IMG/VR virus record: IMGVR_UViG_3300045110_000374
Coordinates: 1-62,667 of that record
Length of the DNA: 62,667 nt
Direction: 5' to 3' (one strand)
From: a virus
Taxonomy: Duplodnaviria; Caudoviricetes
Shown: piece after piece, positions 1 through 8,697 of the stretch
Layout of the letters: every line of letters begins with the position of its first letter
How positions within the stretch are numbered: position 1 is the stretch's first letter
The notes under the pieces: generated by a model
What the model saw: the letters and a program-made list of their open reading frames with translations, nothing else
What the model was told of the DNA's origin: nothing
Databases searched by the model: none
Made by a program: the position numbers and the translations under genes

Positions 1-127
1 TCTGCCGCCTTTGCTTCGGCCAATGCCGCCGTTTCGGCCGCGCGCTTGGCCGCTGCTGCGGCTGCTTCGGCCGCGGCCTTGCTCTCTTCGCTGCGCTTGC
101 GGTTGGCGGCGCGCTGGGCTTCAAGCG
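1..127. repeat. Terminal direct repeat, left copy (circular assembly overlap)
   Basis: 1-127 is identical to 62541-62667 and an ORF reads through the junction; 127 nt is a common assembler k-mer length. Confidence 0.95.
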
Positions 128-662
128 CTGCTGCGTCTGCGGCTTCACGGGCTTTCCGCGCCTTCTCGGCGGCCTCCCACGCAATGCGCTGTTCTTCGGC
201 CCTGCGCTTGCGCTCCTCTTCGAGCTTGGCGGTTTTGTAGATCGTTAAGGCTTGGTTAATACGCGGCCCCACACCAAGCTCGGTCCGTGTCACCGGATCA
301 AACCGCTCGGTTGGTTTGGCAGGTCCAAGGCCCACGCGATCGAGGATGTTGGTTTTGAACCACGCGTGCACCGTGCCGGCGCGCTGGTCGTAAGCGTCCT
401 TCTCTCTGACTCGCTCGGCTTCCCCGGTTTTAAAATTCGCCCGCACGATGTTCATAAATTCGGTGGCTTCGGCCTCTTCTTCGTCGGTCTGGATCAGATA
501 GAAGCGCTCAGCCTTGGCGACAATCTCGTCAGTTCGCTCAACGATGGCGCCGTAGTTGACCTCAAGCGAGGCCACGATTTCGTCGGTCGAGGGAAGTTCG
601 AACTCCACAGGCGGCTTGTTGTCGCCCCTGGGTGCAAAGTCTTTGTCGAATTCTGCGCTCAT
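1..662 (-). CDS. 5' part of an ~319-aa coiled-coil phage protein spanning the circular junction (continues to 62243)
   Basis: ATG at 662 overlaps the exonuclease stop (ATGA); reads MSAEFDKDFAPRGDNKPP... open to base 1 and joins in frame with the 62243..62563 ORF; Ala/Glu/Lys-rich middle; missing from the ORF track. Confidence 0.8.
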   Translation of the reverse strand, partial: MSAEFDKDFAPRGDNKPPVEFELPSTDEIVASLEVNYGAIVERTDEIVAKAERFYLIQTDEEEAEATEFMNIVRANFKTGEAERVREKDAYDQRAGTVHAWFKTNILDRVGLGPAKPTERFDPVTRTELGVGPRINQALTIYKTAKLEEERKRRAEEQRIAWEAAEKARKAREAADAAALEAQRAANRKRSEESKAAAEAAAAAAKRAAETAALAEAKAA

Positions 663-1897
663 ATCGGGACCTCGTTCCAATTGGTCGGTTTAGTTCCGTC
701 ACTCGGTCGTCTGCTCATCTGGTCAAAGGACAGTTCCGTAATCGGCTGCATGGCTAGGTACCCCCATTGCTGAAACGGGTCCGCGCGCTGGCCGCCAACT
801 TCGCAGTAAAGGACGTCTTGGCCCGTCACCTGACCCATAATCACCTCGGGCTGGCGCCATATCTTGGCTGGCACAAAAGCGCCGTTCTGCACCAAGCGCC
901 GTTTGTAAAAACCAACCTGCGGGACGCTCGGAATCTTCTGGCCTGGGCGCTTAAGCTCTGCCCGCCACCATGCGAGCGGGTCCGATACAAGCGGCGGAAC
1001 CGTGCGATACAGCCGCGCCTCAGTGCCGCCAAACAGGTTCTCGAATTGGCTCTCAGCCTCAAGCAGGCGCAGCACGTCGAGAATGTGATCCTTGCTGATT
1101 TCGACCGCGTGCAAGTCCTTGAACTCGGGCAAGCCAGGGACGTCTTTTCGTAGCGTGATAAGCGATCGCCAGAGCGGCAAATTCGCCTTGCACGACTTGA
1201 CCGCGTTCCAGGCCCTAAGTGTCACCCCTAAGGGCGCCGGTCCGTCCAGGTTCGCCAATAACCCGTCGAATGTCTTAAACTTGGTCAGCAATTGGAGCGC
1301 GCCCTTCGCCCCGCATCCGGGAACGCCGTGCAGGTTGTCCGCCGCATCGCCCATGAGTGCGAAGAAGCCGGGAAGCTGCTTTGGGGGCACGCCCCATTTC
1401 TTGAGAACGTCGGCTTCCAGAATTCGTACTCTCTTCACAGGGTCGACGATCTCGATAACCCCGTCTTCGACCAACTGGCACAGGTCCTTGTCGACACTGA
1501 CGAGAGTTGTGCGAATGCCCTGGTTCTTCGCGCGCGTGGCAAGAGTGGCGATTGCGTCATCGGCCTCGAAGCCTGGAGCTTCGACCGGCGTCACGCCGAG
1601 CGAGCGCGAGACTTCGTACATAAAGGCGATTTGGTCTGCGAGCCCCGGCTTTGGCACCCGGTTGGCCTTGTAGGCGGGAAAGAGGGAATGGCGGAAGGTC
1701 TTCCCGCCCGGGTCGAAAACGCTGGCGACATAGGTGTATGGATCGGCACTCGCCCGCCCCATGGTGCGCCACAACAGAGCCATGTAACCCAAGACAGCGT
1801 GCGTTTGCATGCCGTCGCTGCGCTGCGTGGGGCGGAAAGCGTGATACGCGCGGTGTGCGAAGCCGGACGCGTCCACCAAAAGGAGGTGCCCCGTCAC
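659..1897 (-). CDS. 5'-3' exonuclease/flap endonuclease (Pol I N-terminal-like) with an extra C-terminal domain
   Basis: LLVDASGFAHRAYHA, TFRHSLFPAYKANR, EADDAIATLA, VSVDKDLCQL, ALMGDAADNLHGVPGCG motifs; likely GTG start at 1897 overlapping the upstream stop. Confidence 0.92.
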   Translation of the reverse strand: MTGHLLLVDASGFAHRAYHAFRPTQRSDGMQTHAVLGYMALLWRTMGRASADPYTYVASVFDPGGKTFRHSLFPAYKANRVPKPGLADQIAFMYEVSRSLGVTPVEAPGFEADDAIATLATRAKNQGIRTTLVSVDKDLCQLVEDGVIEIVDPVKRVRILEADVLKKWGVPPKQLPGFFALMGDAADNLHGVPGCGAKGALQLLTKFKTFDGLLANLDGPAPLGVTLRAWNAVKSCKANLPLWRSLITLRKDVPGLPEFKDLHAVEISKDHILDVLRLLEAESQFENLFGGTEARLYRTVPPLVSDPLAWWRAELKRPGQKIPSVPQVGFYKRRLVQNGAFVPAKIWRQPEVIMGQVTGQDVLYCEVGGQRADPFQQWGYLAMQPITELSFDQMSRRPSDGTKPTNWNEVPI

Positions 1898-2349
1898 GGC
1901 AAATGCCTCCAATATTCTCGGCGAACGATTTTGCCTATCGGGTATTGAGTTACGCCGAACATATCGGCCAGCGCCCGCTGGCTAAATCGACCAGTGGCAT
2001 AGAGACGCCGGATTTTGCGAACCTTAGCGTCGGTTAATTTTGATCTTCCGTGTCGTTCCCCGTTACTTCTACGGCCCTTGGCGACCATGTCGTCATAGTT
2101 GTCCTTAAGCGTTCCAAGAAATAGATGTCTAGGATTACAGCACGGCGGGTTGTCGCAATGATGCAGGACGCATAGACCCTCGGGCACGGCACCAAAGTGT
2201 AATTCCCACGAAACCCTGTGGGCGATAAGGTGTCTGCCCAATTGTCCATAACCGTCTTTATCTCGATAGGCCCTCCATTCCCAGCAATCGTCAGGGCCGC
2301 GTTTGTGGACTTTGGGCCAGAAGCGTTCGACCAAAGGAATAGGCGTCAT
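1894..2349 (-). CDS. HNH homing endonuclease
   Basis: RFWPKV..CWEW..GYG..AHRVSWELH..VLHHCDNPPCCNPRHL, C-terminal HTH. Confidence 0.9.
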   Translation of the reverse strand: MTPIPLVERFWPKVHKRGPDDCWEWRAYRDKDGYGQLGRHLIAHRVSWELHFGAVPEGLCVLHHCDNPPCCNPRHLFLGTLKDNYDDMVAKGRRSNGERHGRSKLTDAKVRKIRRLYATGRFSQRALADMFGVTQYPIGKIVRREYWRHLP

Positions 2350-2575
2350 TGCAGGCCTCGCGTCAGAAGGAAGACGGCATAGCGCAAAGGGGGCAGGCTG
2401 AGTGTTACGCCGCACCACAAAAGAATACCCCAGATCGCGATTGCGACGAGTGCACGCATTTTGAAGTTTGTTGGCCCAACCCGATTCCTGTCCAAGAATA
2501 TACTCTGTCTCTTGAAACGAAACAAGCGGGTCGTTACAAACTATCCCCGTAGTGTTTCCGATAAAAGGACGGGTG

Positions 2576-2980
2576 ATGCAACTCGACCGCTGGAGAAAAT
2601 TAAACCTACTCAGCTTTCGAGAGGCGGCAGAACTGTTCGGCTGTTCGGCCGGCTATCTGTCGAATGTCGAAAAGGGCGGTCTATGGCCTAGCCCGCAAGT
2701 CCTGATTCGGATCGCTACCCTGACTGAGGCTGTCGGCCCTAATCAGGTCACCGCCTATGACATCCTGACCGAATGGATCAATGCGCACGAAAATGTCGTC
2801 GAGCGCATCACGCGCAAGGCACTCGCTATCGCCGCCAAACACAAGGAGTCCACGAATGGCAAAGCCAAAGAAAAAAGCGTTCAAAAAAGCACCGCGAATC
2901 GCAAAGCTGTCAACCGCCGGCACACGCCAGCCGCGCGCTCGAAAGGCAAAGGGCGACGAAATCGCCGGTCCAGGGCATAA
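2576..2980 (+). CDS. XRE/Cro-like helix-turn-helix regulator
   Basis: LSFREAAELFGCSAGYLSNVEKG..PS HTH pattern; first gene after a divergent intergenic region. Confidence 0.75.
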   Translation: MQLDRWRKLNLLSFREAAELFGCSAGYLSNVEKGGLWPSPQVLIRIATLTEAVGPNQVTAYDILTEWINAHENVVERITRKALAIAAKHKESTNGKAKEKSVQKSTANRKAVNRRHTPAARSKGKGRRNRRSRA

Positions 2981-3377
2981 CCTCACCTCCATCAAGAAGG
3001 TCATCGGGCCGTATTTCAAACGCTACAACAATCTCCTGAACGAAAAGGAGGAGAAGGTTGCGGAGTTCACGGAAGACGCCAACGCGCTTATTGAAGATGC
3101 GGCCAATGACCTTGGAGCGCCGCGCTCTATTGTTCGGATGGCGCTTGCCGATCGGCGTCGTGAGATGAAGCGCGCCATGAAAGAGCGCAAGATGGACCCG
3201 GCGAACGTGGAAGCGCTCCATACCTTCCAGGCAGCTCTCGGCGGCACACCGCTTGGCGATTGGGCCGTCGAAACTGGCAACGAGGAAGAAGTCAGCCAGG
3301 AAGAGATTGACAATCAACCTGCCGACGGTAACCCCGACGATGACAATCACCCGGACCTTAGCCCGATGGCGGCATGA
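2856..3377 (+). CDS. GapR/DUF2312-like DNA-binding protein
   Basis: RYNNLLNEKEE..DANALIEDAA..G...IVRMAL..R..EALHTFQAALG resembles the GapR core; AAGGAG RBS before ATG 2856. Confidence 0.55.
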   Translation: MAKPKKKAFKKAPRIAKLSTAGTRQPRARKAKGDEIAGPGHNLTSIKKVIGPYFKRYNNLLNEKEEKVAEFTEDANALIEDAANDLGAPRSIVRMALADRRREMKRAMKERKMDPANVEALHTFQAALGGTPLGDWAVETGNEEEVSQEEIDNQPADGNPDDDNHPDLSPMAA

Positions 3378-3883
3378 TCGTTGCAGCGTTCGATTTAGGA
3401 TTTTCGTGCGGATATGGCGTGCTCGCTCGGCGAATAGCTCGATCGGGCACGCTTCGTCTTAAGGGTGGTTCTCCCCATAACATGGGCCTAGCGTGCCGAT
3501 CCCTGCATGAGGTGGTGAAGCGCATCTGCAAGGAGCATCACCCTGACGTTCTGACATGTGCCGATCCTCATATCGCGAGGAAAGCGACCGTCATTGCGCT
3601 CTGTTCCATCTTCGGTCTGTACGTGAAGTTTCAGGAATGCGCGCTCGACCTTGGAATTCCATTCCACCCTTGTAACGAGTCCGACGCCCGCCATGCTTTC
3701 CTTGGTAGGGTTCCTCGTAAGAGCGAGGACATTAAGCAAGCCGTCATGCACGGATGCCGCCTGCGCAATTGGCCCGCTACCGATAACCATGCTGGCGATG
3801 CGCTGTGCGTGGCCGACTTTGTTCTCGCGAAGCTCGATAAGGGTGCTGGCTGGAATCGGACCCCGTTAGGGGCGAACACGTAG
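3374..3883 (+). CDS. RuvC-like Holliday junction resolvase
   Basis: N-terminal AFDLGFSCGYGV, K..IKQAV, C-terminal DNHAGDALCV motifs. Confidence 0.75.
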   Translation: MIVAAFDLGFSCGYGVLARRIARSGTLRLKGGSPHNMGLACRSLHEVVKRICKEHHPDVLTCADPHIARKATVIALCSIFGLYVKFQECALDLGIPFHPCNESDARHAFLGRVPRKSEDIKQAVMHGCRLRNWPATDNHAGDALCVADFVLAKLDKGAGWNRTPLGANT

Positions 3884-3948
3884 CGGCGGTATCCGTTTGG
3901 GCGATAGTGCGTTATACAACGGCGTCCTTCAGGAAGGAACGCCGCCAA

Positions 3949-4104
3949 ATGCTTGGGACGATACTGGTTATCGTGCTGATTCTTCTGCTGATTGGCGCGC
4001 TTCCGGTCTGGCCGTACGCCCAAAATCTGGGGGCGTTCCCGGCAGGAGGAATCGGCCTAGTCCTTGTCATCATTCTCATTCTGATTTTGGTCGGCCGCAT
4101 TTAG
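3949..4104 (+). CDS. DUF3309-family small membrane protein
   Basis: MLGTILVIVLILLLIGALPVWPY...GGIGLVLVIILILILVGRI matches the family pattern. Confidence 0.85.
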   Translation: MLGTILVIVLILLLIGALPVWPYAQNLGAFPAGGIGLVLVIILILILVGRI

Positions 4105-4114
4105 GGAGGTTCGA

Positions 4115-4288
4115 ATGTCTATCGGTCTTGCTTTCTACGTGCTCATGCTCATTTGGCTGGTTTGGGGATTTTGGGGAACGTGGGCAACACCAAACCCGCC
4201 GTGGCCCCTTCTCGGCGGCAACTTGCTCCTGTTCATTCTGCTATTACTTTTGGGATGGCACGATTTTGGTCCGCCGATTCACGGCTAA
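4115..4288 (+). CDS. 57-aa two-TM membrane protein (below ORF-track cutoff)
   Basis: GGAGG RBS; MSIGLAFYVLMLIWLVWGFWG...LLLFILLLLLGWHDFGPPIHG. Confidence 0.75.
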   Translation: MSIGLAFYVLMLIWLVWGFWGTWATPNPPWPLLGGNLLLFILLLLLGWHDFGPPIHG

Positions 4289-4468
4289 AGTTGGTGGCAA
4301 TTCGTCAATCGTGTTCTGGTGTTCTGGCAGGCGTGAACGCCGCGACCACTTCCTTGACGATAGCGTTGGCAAGATCGGCGTCCATTTCCTTGTGTGCGTT
4401 CTCGGGGTGGCACCAACCGCGGGCGACGGCTTCACGTATTTGGGTTTCCATGTTCATGGTCGGGCTCC

Positions 4469-4693
4469 TCAAGAGTTGGCCAGGGCTTTGAAAGCCCGGC
4501 GCACGTCACCCAACTGGCAACGGATGGTGACGGGGCTATCGTTTGGCACCGCCGTCTCAGCCTCACCGTTTTCAGGCATGCCTGCGAACGGCCGCAACGC
4601 ATCACGAAGCCGCTCAATCTCGGCGTTCTGCTGATTGGCGAGGATTTTCATCTGCACCAATGTTCTGTCCTTATATGTTTCGAACGCGGTCAT
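4469..4693 (-). CDS. Hypothetical protein
   Basis: ATGA-coupled to upstream ORF; EIERLRDALRPFA phage-like segment. Confidence 0.6.
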   Translation of the reverse strand: MTAFETYKDRTLVQMKILANQQNAEIERLRDALRPFAGMPENGEAETAVPNDSPVTIRCQLGDVRRAFKALANS

Positions 4694-4872
4694 TGCGGGT
4701 TGTTCTTTTTGACAGTCCGCTTGGCGGCTTCGATGATTGCTGAGATGGCCTCACGGCTATCGCCGCTGATCGGCTTCTCGCTATGAACTGTAACGCCGTC
4801 AACGGCGGTCGCATACAGCGGCCCATCTGCCGTCATGATCTTCATCCCTGGTTTGAGAACGACCTTGCCCAT
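4690..4872 (-). CDS. Hypothetical protein
   Basis: GAGGGAG RBS, coupled to the next ORF. Confidence 0.55.
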   Translation of the reverse strand: MGKVVLKPGMKIMTADGPLYATAVDGVTVHSEKPISGDSREAISAIIEAAKRTVKKNNPQ

Positions 4873-5218
4873 GGCTCTCCCTCAGAACAGTAAGTCGAAA
4901 AGGTACTTCGTGGTTTTGTCAAACGAGATGGCCGTCATTACGCCCATCGTCGCGCCGCACCCACCGACAAATCCAATGATGAAAATGCCCGCAAGGTTCA
5001 TCCAGTATTCCGTTGGTGCCAGCCATTTACTCATTCGGATTTCCTCCCCTATTGTAGACCGGCAGCAGTGTCTTCCGCCACTGCTTGGGCCGGGCTGTAA
5101 CCGTCATCATAGAACTCGCGCCAAGCATCCTTGGCCTCGTTCACGTTCTGGAACGCGTGCGCGTCGCCGTAGTCAGACGATAGGACCGCGACCAATCTTC
5201 CAAGCCATTCTTCGAAGG

Positions 5219-5419
5219 TCATGGGCTCGACTTTAAGGTTAGGTGCTGTTGCAACTGTGGCAACGCTGACCAGAACGGCTCGCGTTCGATACAGTGGAGA
5301 TGAGCCAGCCCGAGGTGCTCGAAGCGGTCACCGAGCATGATCTCGATTGCCTCTTGATCCTTGCGGATTCGCTTGCAGCAAAACTCGCATGTGCTCTTTA
5401 GCGTCATTTCGCTCCTCAC
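5219..5419 (-). CDS. Small Cys/His-containing hypothetical protein
   Basis: CEFC..HLHC; GTGA overlap with the resolvase stop. Confidence 0.5.
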   Translation of the reverse strand: MRSEMTLKSTCEFCCKRIRKDQEAIEIMLGDRFEHLGLAHLHCIEREPFWSALPQLQQHLTLKSSP

Positions 5420-6075
5420 TTGCCTTTACGTTTTTTGCCAGGGCGCCACTTCGCGATAGCCTTCCGCCCGCCCTCAAATCTCCCGAAGATCGAAGAGAGC
5501 GCGATGTCCTCGCTATCAGCGATTGCCTGTAGCGTCATTTTCTTGTCGCCTGTGAGCGCTGCCTTCTTCTGAATTCGCAGCATCATGGCGTCGTCAATGA
5601 TCGGGGTCGCTCCAAGCCTCTGGCCGCGCGCCTTAGCCGCTGCCAGCCCTTTCGTGGTCCGGTACTGCGTGAGCTGCGCTTCAAGCTGAGCGACCGCCGC
5701 GAGCACAACAAGGATGAACTCGCCCATCGCTGACGAGAAATCAAAGTTCTCGGTGAGGCTTTTGAACTCAGCGCCCGCCCCGCGGATCGCCCGAAGGCGA
5801 AGGTAGAACTCTTCGACATTGCGGGCCAGCCGGTCCAGCCGCCAAACGAGCAGGGTATCGCCGGGGCGTAACTCTTTGATGGCGAGATCGAGCTTCGGGC
5901 GCCGCGCTTTCTTGCTGGCGGACGCAACCTCGTCATAGACGTTAATGCAGCCAGCCTCCTTGAGCGCGACCTTCTGCATGTCGAGGTTTTGTTCTTTGGT
6001 CGAGACGCGGGCATAGCCGATCAGATCGCCTTTGGGCTTGGAGAAGGCGTCAACAGGTTTTTTAGCGCGTGCCAT
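5416..6075 (-). CDS. Small serine recombinase (resolvase/invertase family)
   Basis: IGYARVST.EQNLD.Q, RP.L..A...LRPGDTLLVWRLDRLARN, GLAAAKARG..LG, C-terminal HTH. Confidence 0.95.
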   Translation of the reverse strand: MARAKKPVDAFSKPKGDLIGYARVSTKEQNLDMQKVALKEAGCINVYDEVASASKKARRPKLDLAIKELRPGDTLLVWRLDRLARNVEEFYLRLRAIRGAGAEFKSLTENFDFSSAMGEFILVVLAAVAQLEAQLTQYRTTKGLAAAKARGQRLGATPIIDDAMMLRIQKKAALTGDKKMTLQAIADSEDIALSSIFGRFEGGRKAIAKWRPGKKRKGK

Positions 6076-6366
6076 TACCAGGGTGATAACTCAAATTCGC
6101 GTAGGCGTCTATACAAAATCTACACGGGAACGGAAATTAAGCTTGTATATTTTAGAGTCGCACGGTACATAGGCTTGCTGAATGGTTTTTGAAAACCAAC
6201 GAACGCAGCAAATGGAGGTGTCAAATGGCGCGGGATGCAAGAGGCGGAGAGCCCTTCAAAGCCGCGGAGCACACACCGGAAGTGATCACCTATTCTGGGT
6301 GGAGCGTGCCGCTAGTGGCTGTGACCAGCGCGCTCCATCGCCTTTAATCGAAAGACGCCCGCCAGA

Positions 6367-6564
6367 ATGAGCCGCGCCGAGACCATCGCGAAGGAACTGA
6401 CGAAGGCGGAGCGACGGTTCATTCTCAACGGGCCAGGCGCTCCGGTTCCTGACATAATTTGGTCGGGGAGGCATTTTGATTTGATCGAATTTGTCGATGC
6501 GTGCATGTGGCGACGAAGTGCCTTATATCACGAGGTCGCCAAGCTAATCTCAAAGATTACGTGA
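6367..6564 (+). CDS. Hypothetical protein
   Basis: Short ORF co-oriented with 6577..6945. Confidence 0.45.
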   Translation: MSRAETIAKELTKAERRFILNGPGAPVPDIIWSGRHFDLIEFVDACMWRRSALYHEVAKLISKIT

Positions 6565-6576
6565 AAGGCCGATCCC

Positions 6577-6945
6577 ATGGATGTGCGCTTAGACGACGAT
6601 GCCATGAAGGGCATTATCATGAAGGCGGTTCTGGATTCTTTGACACCGGAACGCCGCGAGACGTTGATTGGCGAGGCTGTTAAACAGCTCTTGGAGAAGG
6701 GACGAGACACCCGCACATATGCCGACAACCGCTCGAACCTTCAGAAGGCTTTTGACGAAGCTGTGTATACGGTGACGGCACAGGTGGCTCGCGAGGAGCT
6801 TTCGAAGGAAGAAACGCTTAAGACGAAGGTGCGCACACTCATGCTTGACGCATGGGAAAAACTCACGACCGGCGACGCTTACGAGAAGCTTGTGCAGGCT
6901 GTTGCCGATGGCATGCGCAAGGCCATTGGTGGCGATCGCTACTGA
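6577..6945 (+). CDS. Hypothetical helical protein
   Basis: GAAAGG RBS, protein-like composition. Confidence 0.7.
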   Translation: MDVRLDDDAMKGIIMKAVLDSLTPERRETLIGEAVKQLLEKGRDTRTYADNRSNLQKAFDEAVYTVTAQVAREELSKEETLKTKVRTLMLDAWEKLTTGDAYEKLVQAVADGMRKAIGGDRY

Positions 6946-6947
6946 TC

Positions 6948-7472
6948 TCACTTCTCATTCTTCAAGTTCGCGACCATCTTGTCGTTCTGAATCTTCTCGA
7001 TCTCTTTGGACTGCTTCAGCCGATCGTTCAGAGCCGCCTCAAGCTCAACGATCTTGCCCTTGGCCGCCCCTACTGCCTCCAGCGCTTCAGCCGTTGGCGA
7101 TGAACCGGCCGTCTTCTTCAACTCCACGACCTCCAACATCAGCGCCAACGCAATGCGCCTGGAATCCAGTTCCGCCTGCATCGCCGCCGTCATATTCGAG
7201 TTCACCAACGTATGGATAACGTCGAGTTTGGTGTTCGTGGCCTTGGACGCTTCATCAGCCGCTTTAGCAACCTGCGCATTCGACGCGAGCAACAACTCGG
7301 CGGCCTCTGCAACCTTCCGCGCTGCGAGTTCTGCCTTGGCTGCGACAGCATCCTGCCGCGCGTAATCCTCAGTCTTTTCCTGCGCCCGATTCCTGTTCGT
7401 CAGCCATGCCATCAGCAACGGCGACATCATGGCCGGAATAGCAACGATCAGGGCGAGATAGACGTTTTCCAC
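6948..7472 (-). CDS. N-terminally membrane-anchored coiled-coil protein (possible lysis accessory/i-spanin-like)
   Basis: One N-terminal TM, then Ala-rich coiled coil; downstream of a lipoprotein gene. Confidence 0.55.
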   Translation of the reverse strand: MENVYLALIVAIPAMMSPLLMAWLTNRNRAQEKTEDYARQDAVAAKAELAARKVAEAAELLLASNAQVAKAADEASKATNTKLDVIHTLVNSNMTAAMQAELDSRRIALALMLEVVELKKTAGSSPTAEALEAVGAAKGKIVELEAALNDRLKQSKEIEKIQNDKMVANLKNEK

Positions 7473-7491
7473 GACGCGCTAATCCAGGAGG

Positions 7492-7695
7492 TCACCGCTT
7501 GGACGCAGCATCAAGCGCAGCATCGACGACGGGACGCATTGCGATGGTTGCCGCCTGATTTTCGGCAAGCGCAGCTTTGATCCGCTTGGCGTCGGTCTCC
7601 GACATTACGGTTTTGCCTTTCACGATGTCGTCGGTGATACCGGCGATCAACTTTGCCGCAAGCGTGACTAACTGGATTATGAGTTCGGCGCTCAT
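7492..7695 (-). CDS. Small amphipathic hypothetical protein
   Basis: AAGGA RBS, in operon with the lipoprotein. Confidence 0.65.
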   Translation of the reverse strand: MSAELIIQLVTLAAKLIAGITDDIVKGKTVMSETDAKRIKAALAENQAATIAMRPVVDAALDAASKR

Positions 7696-7704
7696 GGGTT
7701 TCCT

Positions 7705-8085
7705 TTACGGCTTTGGTGATATGATGGCGTTGGCCTGGAATATTGCATCATGCGCGATTCGGATCTGATTAAGGATGCCATTCGTATTCGCCGCCGTGTC
7801 GAAAGTGTCGGCCGCCCTCAAAGCATCGTCGGCTCGGTCGTACCAAACCTTTGCGGTCGCTGCGGCTTCACCTCGTAAAGCCCCGCGGGTGCTGGCAGCG
7901 ACGAGCGTGTCGCCCACGCGTTGCAGCGCAAGGTGCGCAACCGTCAGAGCCTTTTCAGCGGTCAGGACCGTCTCAGGGGCTTGGTCCGCAATGCTTTGGG
8001 ATGCGCAACCGGTAAGCGTTGAACCGCCCGCCAGCGCCAAGCTGGCGGCAAGCAGCGGGACGGCGAGATAGCGGCGGAGATTCAT
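7705..8085 (-). CDS. Putative lipoprotein
   Basis: MNLRRYLAVPLLAASLALAGGSTLTG-C signal peptide with lipobox LTGC. Confidence 0.75.
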   Translation of the reverse strand: MNLRRYLAVPLLAASLALAGGSTLTGCASQSIADQAPETVLTAEKALTVAHLALQRVGDTLVAASTRGALRGEAAATAKVWYDRADDALRAADTFDTAANTNGILNQIRIAHDAIFQANAIISPKP

Positions 8086-8140
8086 TGCGTTTCCCTGTAG
8101 CTTGTTCGCGCCTTGTTCTAATTTAGAATAACCGTCAGCG

Positions 8141-8449
8141 CTAGCGCTTCTTGGTTTTAACCTTTGGGTAAGGCTCGCCGGTCTCCTCGTTAATCGCGGT
8201 TGGAAACACGTTGAACGCGAAATTTCCGAGCTGATCTTCGTGACCGCAGCCGGCATAGACGGCGCCCCTCTGAAACGTCTTCAGCGTTCCGAGCGCTTCA
8301 CCGTAGATGCGCTCGCTTGTGAGCGAGGCGGTGACACCTGTGGCAATGGCAGCGACCGCGATGTGCGATGACAGGGCGCGGCTGATTCTTGTCCAGCGAT
8401 CGGGCTTGTCGTTGGGCGTCGGCAATTTAAGCGTCGGTTTCTTCGGCAT
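8141..8449 (-). CDS. Hypothetical protein with a hydrophobic segment
   Basis: GGGAGAGG RBS before MPKKPTL. Confidence 0.6.
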   Translation of the reverse strand: MPKKPTLKLPTPNDKPDRWTRISRALSSHIAVAAIATGVTASLTSERIYGEALGTLKTFQRGAVYAGCGHEDQLGNFAFNVFPTAINEETGEPYPKVKTKKR

Positions 8450-8492
8450 GGACCTCTCCCCTGTTTGCAAGCTTGCTTGTACACAGGAGGTG

Positions 8493-8509
8493 TTAAGAAA
8501 CGGTTGACA
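8493..8509 (+). promoter_or_regulatory. Near-consensus CtrA box (TTAA-N7-TTGAC) overlapping a TTGACA -35 element upstream of the helicase-primase operon
   Basis: TTAA gaaacgg TTGACA at 8493-8509 in a divergent intergenic region. Confidence 0.45.
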
Positions 8510-8697
8510 GCCGCGCGAAAGTGTTTCTTCATACGAAAGCGATGGCAATCGGATAGCTACTGACCCATCGGCTTAAAGGCATCGCCGGGTTCGGGTAAGT
8601 AGAGCAATCGACCTCCTCGTTGCTCTCCCGTTTCCGAACCCAACCCGACCCGACCCCGGCATGTCCTTTCGCTTAGGAAACGGTACCAGGAGTTTTC

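Noticed and set aside
1-127. Biological terminal repeat of the virion DNA
   Set aside because: Falls mid-gene and equals a common assembler k-mer length, so it more likely marks circular assembly
659-1897. Full DNA polymerase I
   Set aside because: Only the 5'-3' exonuclease domain is present; no polymerase motifs
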